Translations under genes and position numbers: made by a program | Notes under the pieces: generated by a model | Seen by the model: the letters and a program-made list of their open reading frames with translations, nothing else | The model's database searches: none | What the model was told of the DNA's origin: nothing | In this document: positions 11,408 to 20,986 of the stretch, piece after piece | Layout of the letters: every line of letters starts with the position of its first letter | Numbering within the stretch: the stretch's first letter is position 1 | DNA from: Candidatus Bathyarchaeota archaeon | GTDB taxonomy: Archaea > Thermoproteota > Bathyarchaeia > TCS64 | Assembly: GCA_963771885.1 (NCBI GenBank) | Contig: CAVYVF010000022.1 | Location: 288,001-352,000 of the forward strand | Length of the DNA stretch: 64,000 nucleotides | Direction of reading: 5' to 3'

Positions 11408-12019
11408 ATGGAAAAGTACGACCTCAAAAAGGAGTTGAAGCGCCTCTACTCAGCGAAGGAGAAGCCCGAGTTCGTCAACGTCCCCGAGATAAATTACCTC
11501 ACCTACACGGGGCGCGGGGAGCCTGGAGGCGTAGCCTACACCGAAGGGCTCGGCGCCCTCTATGCGGCTACTTATACGCTCAAGTTCGCCTCGAAGAAGA
11601 AGGGGCGGGACTTCACAGTCATGGGGCTTGAGGGGCTCTGGTGGTGGGACGATCCGAGGATAGTCAACCTCGAGAACGCGCCACCGAGGGACACGTGGAA
11701 CTGGATGTCCCTTATCGCCGTCCCCGACTTCGTCACATCAGTCATGCTTGAGGAGGCGAGACCCGAGATGGTCAAGAAGAAAGGCAAGACGCTGGAGAAT
11801 GTCAGACTCGAAAGGATAAACGAGGGGCTCTGCGCCCAGATACTCCACATCGGACCCTACAGCAACGAGCCACGCAGCCAGAAAGCCCTCCATGGCTTCA
11901 TCGCGGAGCAGGGCTACAGGCTTCGGGGGCGCCACCACGAGATATATATGGGTGATCCACGCAGGACGCCGCCTGAGAAGCTCAAGACCATCCTCAGGCA
12001 CCCCGTCGAGAAAGCCTAG
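11408..12019 (+). CDS. GyrI-like small-molecule-binding domain protein
   Basis: KYDLKKELKRLY, LEGLWW, LHIGPY, HHEIY and KTILRHP motifs. Confidence 0.85.
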   Translation: MEKYDLKKELKRLYSAKEKPEFVNVPEINYLTYTGRGEPGGVAYTEGLGALYAATYTLKFASKKKGRDFTVMGLEGLWWWDDPRIVNLENAPPRDTWNWMSLIAVPDFVTSVMLEEARPEMVKKKGKTLENVRLERINEGLCAQILHIGPYSNEPRSQKALHGFIAEQGYRLRGRHHEIYMGDPRRTPPEKLKTILRHPVEKA

Positions 12020-12064
12020 CGAAACCCTCTATAAACCCCCGTGGCGAATAGAGGGGCAACCCGG

Positions 12065-12895
12065 ATGATAGACTACCATGTTCATGAGAGGCACTCGCGG
12101 GACGCCGCCACCGCCATGATACCCGAGTACATCGCCTCCGCCGAGGCGCGGGGCGTACACGAGATAGCCTTCACGACCCACTTCATCACCGTCGGGCCGG
12201 ACGTAGCTATAAGCATCCGCGAGGATGAGATATCCGATTACATCGAAGAAATACACCGTGCACAGGCGAATACGACGGTCAGGTTGCTCGCGGGACTCGA
12301 GGTCGACTACTTCCCCGGCGAGGAACGCCACTTGGAACAGGTACTCGGCAACCACGACTTCGACTTCATCCTCGGCAGTACCCACTATGTGAACGGCGTC
12401 GACATAGGCTCACAGACGCAGGCGGAGGGCTTCTTCGCCGGCCGCCCGATAAAGCGCGCTGCTGACGAGTACTACAAGGTATGGAAGAGAGCGATAGAGT
12501 CGGGGCTCTTCGACGTGATGGCTCACCCCGACTACTGGAGGAAGTACCTCCATTTCTACGGCAAGACGGCGTCATGGAGCGAGTACGGTTCGACCGTCTT
12601 CGACGCCCTCGAAGCCGCTGCGGATAATGACGTTGGCATCGAGGTCAACACCGCCGGTGAGCGCGCCGGGACTGGCCACTTTTACCCACTCCAGGAGTTC
12701 CTCGTCGCCGGCAACGAGGCGGGGATTGAGAACGTCACTGTCGGCAGTGACAGCCACACCGCGGGCACGCTCGGCTACAGGCTCGATGAGGCAGCGAGGT
12801 TGCTTCGAGACGCCGGCTTCACATCGATAAGCAGCTACGAGAAGAGGCGAGGTCGCCGCAGGCCTATCGGTGAGATGCTCAGGCGAAGGAATTAA
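12065..12895 (+). CDS. PHP-family histidinol-phosphatase-like phosphoesterase
   Basis: DYHVH, GLEVD, GSTH, AHPD and GSDSH metal motifs. Confidence 0.85.
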   Translation: MIDYHVHERHSRDAATAMIPEYIASAEARGVHEIAFTTHFITVGPDVAISIREDEISDYIEEIHRAQANTTVRLLAGLEVDYFPGEERHLEQVLGNHDFDFILGSTHYVNGVDIGSQTQAEGFFAGRPIKRAADEYYKVWKRAIESGLFDVMAHPDYWRKYLHFYGKTASWSEYGSTVFDALEAAADNDVGIEVNTAGERAGTGHFYPLQEFLVAGNEAGIENVTVGSDSHTAGTLGYRLDEAARLLRDAGFTSISSYEKRRGRRRPIGEMLRRRN

Positions 12896-12932
12896 AGCCG
12901 AAACCGTCTCTATCACACGAAGGCTGCTAGAC

Positions 12933-14258
12933 TTGGACGATAAGCAGAGGCTGTTCCAGTACATAGAGGAGCACAGGGATGACCTCGTGGAGATCCTTAG
13001 GGGACTCGTCAGGATTGACACACACACGCCCCCCGGACACAACTATGATGTAATATGCGAGCACATCTCGGACAGGCTTGTCCCGCTCGGATGTGTAATT
13101 AAGATACACGACGCGACCGGGGAATACCTCAAGCAATCCGGCGCGAAGCAGCTTGGACTCGATGGACCCCGCAGCAACGTCGTCGCCCGCCTCAAGGGAA
13201 AGGACAGCGGGCCGAGGCTTCACGTCAGTGCACACATAGATACTGCCCCAATACAGGATGAGGGCTGGACACACGACCCCCTCGCTGGGGAGGTAACGAA
13301 GACCAGCCAGTACGGTAAGAGCACCTATGACATAGGTGGAGGCTACATCTGGGGCAGAGGCGTATGCGACGACAAGGGACCCCTAGCCGCCGCCATGTTC
13401 ACTATCAAGGCACTCAGGGAACTCGACATCCGCCTCAGTGGCGACCTGATCCTAACGGGCAACTGCGACGAGGAGATAGGCGGCGTAGCGGGACTCGGCT
13501 ACCTCATCCGCGAGGGCATCGTGAAGGCAGACTACGGGCTCCAGCTCGACGGCTCAATGAACGCGATAAACCTCGCCGCCCAGGGGCGCACCCGCTTCCT
13601 AGTCAGGACATTCGGAAAAGCCTACCACGGTCAGATGCCAATCCTCGGCGTCAACGCAATCGAGAAGATGAGTAAGATCAACGTCGCGCTCGACAATTAC
13701 TGGCGCAACGTCCTCATGAAGAGGCAGGTGGCGACCCCCGGCATCGAGCTGCCCCCAGAGATCGTCGGCGCTGGAGTTGACAAGCTGACCGCCATGCTCA
13801 ACATAGGTACGATAAAGGGAGGAGTGCAGGGGGCGACGGTCCCCGACTTCTGTGAGGAGGAGGTCCTCCGCTGCATGACGCCAAACGAGACATTCGCTGA
13901 TGTAGAGATGGAGCTGCGAGCGGTGATCGAGGGCGTTAAGGCAACCGATCCAAACCTCAGATATGAGGTCGAGGTAGTCAACAGCAGAGGAGGCTACGTC
14001 GTCCCCGCAACCGACACCTTCGCCCTCGAGGCAAGGGAGATAATGAGGGAGGCGACGGGCAGGACGCTTCCCTTCGTCGGTAACCTCGCGAGCACGGACA
14101 TGAACTACCAGGTCGTCGAAGGAGGTATGCCGTCCGTCAACATAGGCATCGGCGACGCCTACACGAACTACCATCAGAGGGACGAGAATGTATCGATAGA
14201 TGAGCTGGTCGCACTCACGAAGGCGATCACCCTATTCTCCCTCAGGAAGCTCGGCTGA
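12933..14258 (+). CDS. M20 ArgE/DapE-family metallopeptidase/deacylase (paralog of 8939-10280)
   Basis: HID, WGRGVCDDKG, DEE and YHQRDE motifs. Likely TTG start. Confidence 0.88.
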   Translation: MDDKQRLFQYIEEHRDDLVEILRGLVRIDTHTPPGHNYDVICEHISDRLVPLGCVIKIHDATGEYLKQSGAKQLGLDGPRSNVVARLKGKDSGPRLHVSAHIDTAPIQDEGWTHDPLAGEVTKTSQYGKSTYDIGGGYIWGRGVCDDKGPLAAAMFTIKALRELDIRLSGDLILTGNCDEEIGGVAGLGYLIREGIVKADYGLQLDGSMNAINLAAQGRTRFLVRTFGKAYHGQMPILGVNAIEKMSKINVALDNYWRNVLMKRQVATPGIELPPEIVGAGVDKLTAMLNIGTIKGGVQGATVPDFCEEEVLRCMTPNETFADVEMELRAVIEGVKATDPNLRYEVEVVNSRGGYVVPATDTFALEAREIMREATGRTLPFVGNLASTDMNYQVVEGGMPSVNIGIGDAYTNYHQRDENVSIDELVALTKAITLFSLRKLG

Positions 14259-14297
14259 AGCCCCTTTTTTTAAACAGAGCAGATCCATATTGTAGGC

Positions 14298-15455
14298 ATG
14301 GCGCGCCAGTGCCAGCGGTGCCAGGGACCGCTCAATGAAGGCGATTACTTCTGCGGCAACTGCGGGATACCGACAAAGCTCGGGTTAAAGTACCAGGAGG
14401 CGAGCGAGAAGCTCAACCTGAGTCTCAGCCAGCTAGAGCGTAGCTACCAGACAGGTCACCTCTCCAAGGAGAAGTACGAGCAGCAGAAAGCGAAGTACAG
14501 CGAGGAGTACTCAAAGCTCTTGGCGGAGATAACAGCGAAGCGCCCCGCTGTCCTAGAGAAAACGACGCCTACACCCCAGATAGCCGGTGGTGCCCCCGAG
14601 CACAACGGCGAGAAAAGCTCGGTCATATATGCTGATCCACCGCAGCTTCACCTCCACGATGCGGTCCTCTATATAATAGCCGCTGCCGTCATAGTGTGCG
14701 TCGGCCTCTGGTGGACATGGGGCTTCGTCGGCGAAGGCTTCGAGTTCATCTGGCTCGACCAGTGGTACCTCCTCGCCTTCAGCCTCGTCGGCCCAGCCAT
14801 CTACCTCATCTGGATGTGGAGAGCGGACAAGCTCGAAAGGGAGCCCATCTACCTAGTCACACTCATCCTCGGCTGGGGCGTCTTCTCCGCCTTCCTCAGC
14901 CTCATCGGCAACACCGTCTTCGACTACATAGGCTTCGGGGCAGCGTGGCTTGGCGCCCCCATCGTCGAGGAGTCTATGAAGGCAATAGGCGTCTACCTCA
15001 TCGCGAAGAGCCCCGAGTTCAACAACTCGATGGACGGTATAGTCTATGGTTTCGCATCCGGCATGGGTTTCGCCTGGGCTGAGAACTTCTTCTATATAGT
15101 GCTTATGTACGATGGCGACATAATGTTCAGCCTACTCAGGGTCTTCATCTTCGGGCTGGGGCACGGCATCTATACGGCCTACACGGGCTGGTGGCTCGGA
15201 AGGGCCAAAGTCAAGAAGGGCTATGTGACACTCGGAGACCTTATACCGGGGCTGATAATGGCGATGGTCGCCCACGGGATATACAACAGCGACATCATGC
15301 AAATCGACAGCCTAGAGGGGCTCGCCCTCTGGGTCATACTCACCCTCGGCACATACTCCGTGATACTATTCGCTATGTACCGCAAGTCGCTTTCAGACGA
15401 GAAGAAGTGGCTCTACGACGCCGGCTACGCCCCGAAGACGATACTGAACAAGTAA
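14298..15455 (+). CDS. PrsW-family intramembrane metalloprotease with N-terminal zinc ribbon
   Basis: CQRC..CGNC ribbon; DKLEREP, PIVEESMK, GMGFAWAEN, HGIYT and HGIYN PrsW motifs. Confidence 0.88.
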   Translation: MARQCQRCQGPLNEGDYFCGNCGIPTKLGLKYQEASEKLNLSLSQLERSYQTGHLSKEKYEQQKAKYSEEYSKLLAEITAKRPAVLEKTTPTPQIAGGAPEHNGEKSSVIYADPPQLHLHDAVLYIIAAAVIVCVGLWWTWGFVGEGFEFIWLDQWYLLAFSLVGPAIYLIWMWRADKLEREPIYLVTLILGWGVFSAFLSLIGNTVFDYIGFGAAWLGAPIVEESMKAIGVYLIAKSPEFNNSMDGIVYGFASGMGFAWAENFFYIVLMYDGDIMFSLLRVFIFGLGHGIYTAYTGWWLGRAKVKKGYVTLGDLIPGLIMAMVAHGIYNSDIMQIDSLEGLALWVILTLGTYSVILFAMYRKSLSDEKKWLYDAGYAPKTILNK

Positions 15456-15456
15456 C

Positions 15457-16104
15457 CTACATCTTCGAGGCGAAAGCGGCGTTCAACTCCTTGGGGTCAG
15501 CGTCGTCGATAACGTACTTTTCCCTCCCACTGCTTGACTCGAACTCGACCTCCCAGAAAACCCTTTTGAGCAACTGTTTCCAAGACTCGGTTTTCCCCTA
15601 GACTCTGACCTTCCAAATCTGGCTGTTCTCGATGGCGAAGTTATCGAGCTGCTACCTGATCGCCTGCTCGGGGCTCATCTACTTGTAACGCTGTGTGAAA
15701 AAGAAGCTCATCTCGAGCTGCGCGCCCCACTGATCAAAGAAACCCTTCCCCTCGGCCTTCGCCTTGTCCTGGGCAGCTTTTATCACCTACTTGACCATGT
15801 CACCCGTGATGTGGCAGAAGATTGCCCTGCGGTCCGTCGCGATGAGGGCTTAGGTGTCCCAAGCACCGAACATCTTCATCTTCTTCAGCGTCGAGACGAC
15901 TGTGATGACCCGCTCACCCATGGGCTGCGGGTAGGCAGGTTGCGGCGGTGGCTGCGGGTAGTACTGCGGCTGCTACTACTGCTGGGGCGTTGAAGGCGGA
16001 GCATGTGCGGGGTAGGCCCCCGGCGTCAACCTCTGCCCGCAGACGGGACAGAAATTAGCGTGAGGCTGGACGAACGCACCACAGTTAGAGCAGAACGGCA
16101 ACAT
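15457..16104 (-). pseudogene. zinc-ribbon / Pro-Gln-rich protein gene with seven in-frame stop codons
   Basis: Exactly 216 codons ATG..TAG with no frameshift: MLPFCSNCGAFVQPHANFCPVCGQ...PQQ**QPQYYPQ...WDT*ALIATDRR...MVK*VIK...RYK*MSPEQAIR*QLDNFAI...VRV*GKTES...FASKM*. Confidence 0.8.
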
Positions 16105-16190
16105 GCATCACTTGATCCGCCTACCACAACCGGATATATACTATAGAACCCCGGGGAAAGCCGTTAAACCCCGTGAGCCAAGGCTGATAT

Positions 16191-16646
16191 ATGGCACACT
16201 TGGATGAACACTGGCTCTCCCGGCATGTTAAGGGCTTCAGTCTCGACTCCTACCACCTCGGCATGATCTACGCCTTCGCTGAGGTCGTCGGCTCAGGCGT
16301 CAAGCCCCTCGCGCTCAGCCCACCGATGACTCTGGAGGAACACGACAGGATCAAGGACACGATAAACGCGATGGCTGAGGAGTACGGCGTCCACACCCTC
16401 GTAGATATGGACTTTCTCACGACCAAGCTATTCAATCCAGCCTTTACTAAGGGTAAGGTCGTCGTTCACTTCGCCAAGGACCCAGCGATACTCGAAAGGT
16501 ATAGGAGACTCAAGGAGTTGAAGGAGAGGAGACACAGGGAGGGCAGGCTAGCCGAGTCGGAGGACGAGATCGCCCGCGAACTCGGCTCAATACTCGGCTA
16601 CGACGAGGAAACGATCGAGGGGCTGCTTAAGAAACCCCGCTTCTAG
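16191..16646 (+). CDS. hypothetical protein
   Basis: 151-aa ORF with host-like codon usage and an upstream TTAAA box; ends ..[12 protein letters not shown].. Confidence 0.7.
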   Translation: MAHLDEHWLSRHVKGFSLDSYHLGMIYAFAEVVGSGVKPLALSPPMTLEEHDRIKDTINAMAEEYGVHTLVDMDFLTTKLFNPAFTKGKVVVHFAKDPAILERYRRLKELKERRHREGRLAESEDEIARELGSILGYDEETIEGLLKKPRF

Positions 16647-17888
16647 GCGGGGGGAGGTCTCGCCCCGAGCCGAACTACCACGTCTATGTCCGCCCCGTCG
16701 CGGAGTATGTTGAGTGTAATATCGTCCCCCGGCTTCTTGTTGCGTTGGATGTAGAGGATGAGGTCGTAGAAGCTCTTCATAACGGTGCTATCCGCGCCGA
16801 GGATGACATCGCCACCGATTGAGACCTGCTCGCCGTCGATCGTGACAGTTCTCATCGAGCCCTTGACGCCGGCGGAGTTGGCTGGGCTCGGGATATTTAC
16901 GCTGCTGACCAGCGTCCCGTGTGTGCCTACCGGGAGGTTCATCGCCTCGACTAAGCTAGGGGTTAGGTCTAAACCAGTTATCCCGAGATAGGGGTGAACA
17001 TAAGTGCCATCCGCGAGCAGGCTAGGCAGCTCCCGTGCAATCGTGTTACTAGGCACCGCGAAGCCGATCCCCCTGGAGGTCTCCGAGGGGATAGCCGTGT
17101 TGATGCCAACGACCTCGCCCTTTAGGTTCATGAGGGGTCCGCCGCTGTTCCCTGGGTTGATGGCAGCGTCCATTTGGATGACGTCTACGATGGGGTAGTT
17201 GCCCGTTGAGTCCATCTGGCGTCCAGTGGCGCTGATGATACCGGAAGTTAGGGTGTTTGCCAGTCCGTAGGGGTTGCCTATGGCGATGACGCTTTCCCCC
17301 ACCTTGAGCTTTGACGAGTCCCCGAGAGGTAGAGGCTTAAGCATAGAAGTCTATAGCATCGATCCTAATGACGGCGACGTCTGAGTAGGGGTCAGTCCCG
17401 ATGATCTCCGCGTCGAAGATGGTACCATCGATGAAGGTGACGGTGACGCTCAACGCGTCCTCGACGACGTGGAAGTTAGTGACAATGTGTCCGCTCACGT
17501 CGAATATGAAGCCGCTACCCTGCCCCACTCCATCCTGACCAGTCGACCTGATGAGAACGACGCTGTCCCTCGTCCTGTTGTAGAGTTCTATGAGGAGTGA
17601 GTCCATCGGACCCGTGGTAACGGTCACGTTGACCGACCCGCTCTCGATGGCTTTCCTAAGCGACGAAAGCTCAGCGTTGACACTGCTGACCTGAGTGTCG
17701 AGGATTTGGACGGTCGCAGTCAGTGTCCCGATCTGGCTGTTTAGCTCCTCCACTTGCTGGTTCTGGTGGACGGTCATGTAGGCTACAACGCCGATGTTCG
17801 AGATCAACAATATCGCGACAAGCAGGGGCATCCAGATGCTCCCCGACGACCTCCTCTGGCTACCGTGGTAGAACCATTCGTCGCTCAA
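16643..17888 (-). CDS. membrane-anchored HtrA/DegP-like serine protease with PDZ domain, frameshifted near 17345
   Basis: TM helix plus coiled coil; catalytic triad TNFH, SDVA, GNSGG; C-terminal PDZ. Confidence 0.9.
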
Positions 17889-18278
17889 TCAGGGTCCCTT
17901 ATGGGAAGCGGTATCAATGATGATAAACTCTCCCATTATCTCGATTTTGGGCTAAGTGAGCAGTTAATACGCTTGCCTCTGCTTAACGACTCTGCGCGCG
18001 CAAACACATATCGGTTACCAGCGCCACTAGTACACGTTCACTTACGCGCCTTCGAAAACCTACAATCATCCGAGTATAAACACGTTAAGCCACAATAGCA
18101 CCTGTTAAGATGAAAGACCAGCCGTTAACACACAAACGTCCATGTGAACCCCGATAACGCCTCATCAGCATGATAAGTTAACGTGCAACCACCCCAATAG
18201 TTCAGGAGCGCCACGCTTACCTTGCACTACACCAAGGCTCCAATATACCTTATACTGTTTCAGGAGTCGGACTTCGAC

Positions 18279-18395
18279 TTAACACATTTAACAAACTTAA
18301 CAACACCGCTAACAGCCTTAACAAACATAACAACGATGGTTAACAGGGTTAACAGGACTTAACAAGTCACTTAACACATGTTAACAAATTCAACA
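18279..18395 (+). repeat. phased array of 12 (T)TAACA-type repeats arranged as four triplets
   Basis: Hexamers start at 18279, 18288, 18297, 18309, 18318, 18327, 18340, 18349, 18359, 18371, 18381 and 18390 (nine TTAACA, plus CTAACA, ATAACA, TCAACA). Confidence 0.9.
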
Positions 18396-18486
18396 CTTGA
18401 TTATGTGCGCTTATTGAGCCAGATCGTTCACCATTGCGCAAGGTGTTAGGCACAATTATCGGCGTCTGGCACCGCTGCCCCCTCGC

Positions 18487-18541
18487 CCTCCATCTCTACC
18501 TCTGCCTCATAAACCCGCGCGCAGTGAAGGTGAGATGAAGG
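18487..18541. repeat. imperfect inverted repeat
   Basis: CCTCCATCTCTACCTCTGC (18487-18505) versus GCAGTGAAGGTGAGATGAAGG (18521-18541; reverse complement CCTTCATCTCACCTTCACTGC). Confidence 0.55.
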
Positions 18542-18688
18542 TTGACGGTAGGTACAAATCGCATGGTGTGTATGATCTGGTAAAGGAATACCATAAGTAG
18601 CCTCTGGGAGAGTCGGTGTTCAGTTGGCTGAATGATCAAGACGAGCGCGCGCATGGGTCGAGAAGCCACAAAGAATGACTGTGTTAGC

Positions 18689-19270
18689 TCACTGAGGCTT
18701 GTCCCAGACCCTCGGCTTGCAGACGATCTCTCTGATCCGCATGTCGAAGAACCTGTGCGTGTTGCTCGGCAGGAGGATGATCGCCACGTCGGCGCCGCCT
18801 CCGGTTCCCCCAAGGGCGATCACTTCTCTATCCGTCCGTATCAGCCCCGCATCCGCCGACATGCAGGCGCACTCACAGGCGACCTTCACACCAGCCCCGA
18901 AGAGTCGCAGGACGTGGGCGATGATCTCGTCGACCTGGATAGTGTTGAACTTCTTGTTGACGGCGCGCCCGAGCCCCCCGAAGGCGTGGCAGGCATGGAG
19001 TATCTTCCCGCCGCTCTCATCTATGACCTTCTTGTACTCTGGCTTCATTCTGTCCTGGTTTGGCTCCATGAAGCCTACCATGCCAGCGACGACGACGAGA
19101 TTGTACCCTTTGAACATCTCGGCAGCCATTGCGCCAGTCTCGCCCGAGTAGGAGGCGACTATAACGTCCCTGATCCCGAGCTCGTCGGCCCTCCTCTTCG
19201 CGAGTGTTAGTGCCTCGCGGCTGTTTGCCTTCCCCGGCTCTTTGAAGTAGATGGTCTCCACCTTGGACAT
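18689..19270 (-). CDS. pyruvate-kinase C-terminal-like alpha/beta protein (COG1751 type)
   Basis: YFKEPGKANS, VASYSGETG, GVKVACE, MSADAG and GGTGGGAD motifs. Confidence 0.8.
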   Translation of the reverse strand: MSKVETIYFKEPGKANSREALTLAKRRADELGIRDVIVASYSGETGAMAAEMFKGYNLVVVAGMVGFMEPNQDRMKPEYKKVIDESGGKILHACHAFGGLGRAVNKKFNTIQVDEIIAHVLRLFGAGVKVACECACMSADAGLIRTDREVIALGGTGGGADVAIILLPSNTHRFFDMRIREIVCKPRVWDKPQ

Positions 19271-19326
19271 GCGTTAAACCCAGAGACCACTCGCCGGGAG
19301 TGGATTTAATGTTTGGGAAAAGAGGG

Positions 19327-20355
19327 CTAGGTTATGTTGGGGACGACAAGGTATTTGAGGAATTCCTCGCCCTGAAGCCCCTGCTCCTTCGCCCAAGCGA
19401 CCCCTACTAGGTCGTCCTTCTCTAGCTCGCTGTAGACAAGGTAAGCCATGATTGGGTTGAAGCCGAAGTCGTTCGATGCCCGAGCCATGCGCACCGCCTG
19501 GTAGACGCCGTGGCGGAGATTCGTACGGATCAGCGCGACGTCCCCCTCGTAGATGGGGACGAGGATGTCGCTGTAGGGCTTCCCCAGGCTGTCCACAATC
19601 TCGCGGAGGTCACCGCCCTCAACGACGAGGTGTAGAACGTCCTTGCCTATCCCATAGGTGACGTCGAAGAGCTCCTCGGGACGGAGACCCTCACCTTCCT
19701 TCGGGGCGCGGCTCTGCTTAACAGCCACCAGGAAGTTCTCGATATCTGCCTCGAGCTCCACGATCCTGCTAATCATGAACTTCTGGTCGGCGGGTAGCTT
19801 CTCGACAGACTTGAGGATTGTTGTGCTGTAGACCTGCTGGAGCTCTAGCTGCAGAGGCCAGATCGCATCGTATTGCTTATAGGCTGAGACCTTCTCGGCG
19901 ACCGCATTGTATGCGGTTCCCTTGAGGAGCTCGAGCAACGCCTCCATGTCAGCTGCCTCGGCGAGTACCTGGTAGCTGGGCGCCTTGAAGGGCATCATGG
20001 GGACGAGACTTGCCTGAATCAGCTGAGGTGTCTCGTCGGCGAACTTACCCCTGATTATCCTGTCGAGGTTTAGTACCTCAAAACGCATGTAGTAGTATGT
20101 CTGCAGAAGTCCACCGATTCTACTCGGCACTATGTCGACTATCTTGACGATACGCTCGATAAATTTTTTATAAAAGATGCGCTCGAGGCTTATGCTCGGG
20201 TTAACTTCCGGGTCGAGCGTGAGCTGACCGTACTGCGTCTGCGCGAGCTGCTGTATGAAGTCCTCAACGCTGTCGACTGAGGCGATTGTCCTCATCTGGT
20301 TCGACGTCATTAGGTCGGCGAGGAGGGCGTGGCTCCTGACGACCGCGTATGTCAT
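19327..20355 (-). CDS. atpC: A/V-type ATP synthase subunit C
   Basis: 342 aa, all-helical, N-terminal YAVVR; last gene of the ATPase operon. Confidence 0.75.
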   Translation of the reverse strand: MTYAVVRSHALLADLMTSNQMRTIASVDSVEDFIQQLAQTQYGQLTLDPEVNPSISLERIFYKKFIERIVKIVDIVPSRIGGLLQTYYYMRFEVLNLDRIIRGKFADETPQLIQASLVPMMPFKAPSYQVLAEAADMEALLELLKGTAYNAVAEKVSAYKQYDAIWPLQLELQQVYSTTILKSVEKLPADQKFMISRIVELEADIENFLVAVKQSRAPKEGEGLRPEELFDVTYGIGKDVLHLVVEGGDLREIVDSLGKPYSDILVPIYEGDVALIRTNLRHGVYQAVRMARASNDFGFNPIMAYLVYSELEKDDLVGVAWAKEQGLQGEEFLKYLVVPNIT

Positions 20356-20366
20356 CCCGGGTACCT

Positions 20367-20984
20367 TTATCTTTCCGATGCCAACGCACCCCCAATCAAC
20401 TTGATCCTGACGAGGTCTTCCATTTGCTCCTCGTCCAGTTTATCCTGTATGAACTTGATGACCATCTTCATGTCGGGAATGACCGTGTTTTCGAGAGCGT
20501 TTACCTTCCGGTTCGTCCTACCAAGCTCATCGGCGATGCGCTCGACGCGGCTCTCGAATTCGGCGAGGCGGATAATCTCTTCGAGTATGCTGAATATCTT
20601 ATCCGAGGCGTAGCTGAGTGTGATGTCCAGCTCGCCCTCAACCTTGGGCCTGCTGAGTATCTTGATGTACGGGTACTGCACACCCATGACGCTTTTTGGC
20701 AGGAGCTCGATGTCCAGCGTGCTGCGTATGCTATTCGCCTGGCTCTCGACCTCCGTCGGGCCGAGGCTCAGGTACGCCGCCTGTACCGACTTGTATGACT
20801 CCCCGAGGCTTTCGAGTAGCAGCCTCCTCCTCCCCCTGAGGACCTCGATGGACTCGCTGAGCTCCTTGGCGAGGTGGTCCCTCTTTAGCTTGAGGAACTC
20901 GGTGCCTCGCTCGATGAAGATGATGCGGCTCTGCATCTCCATGAGGTAACCCTTTGTGGGCCGGATTCCGCTGGTTGAAGACAA
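20367..20984 (-). CDS. atpD: A/V-type ATP synthase subunit D
   Basis: RPTK, LKLKRD, VMGV and TNRKVNALE..IP motifs. Confidence 0.92.
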   Translation of the reverse strand: MSSTSGIRPTKGYLMEMQSRIIFIERGTEFLKLKRDHLAKELSESIEVLRGRRRLLLESLGESYKSVQAAYLSLGPTEVESQANSIRSTLDIELLPKSVMGVQYPYIKILSRPKVEGELDITLSYASDKIFSILEEIIRLAEFESRVERIADELGRTNRKVNALENTVIPDMKMVIKFIQDKLDEEQMEDLVRIKLIGGALASER

Positions 20985-20986
20985 GT

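Noticed and set aside
15457..16104. Genome-wide TAG reassignment (pyrrolysine or Gln code)
   Set aside because: Conserved genes end at TAG at their expected C-termini (speB, polB after its PIP box, atpB, oppB immediately before the oppC ATG), and no housekeeping gene here has an internal TAG.
18279..18395. CRISPR array
   Set aside because: The repeat unit is only 6 nt with 3-7 nt spacers, and there are no cas genes.
17754..18813. ORFs 17754-18098 (+) and 18496-18813 (-) extending into the non-coding gap
   Set aside because: They start as shadow frames of real genes and show no protein-like features.
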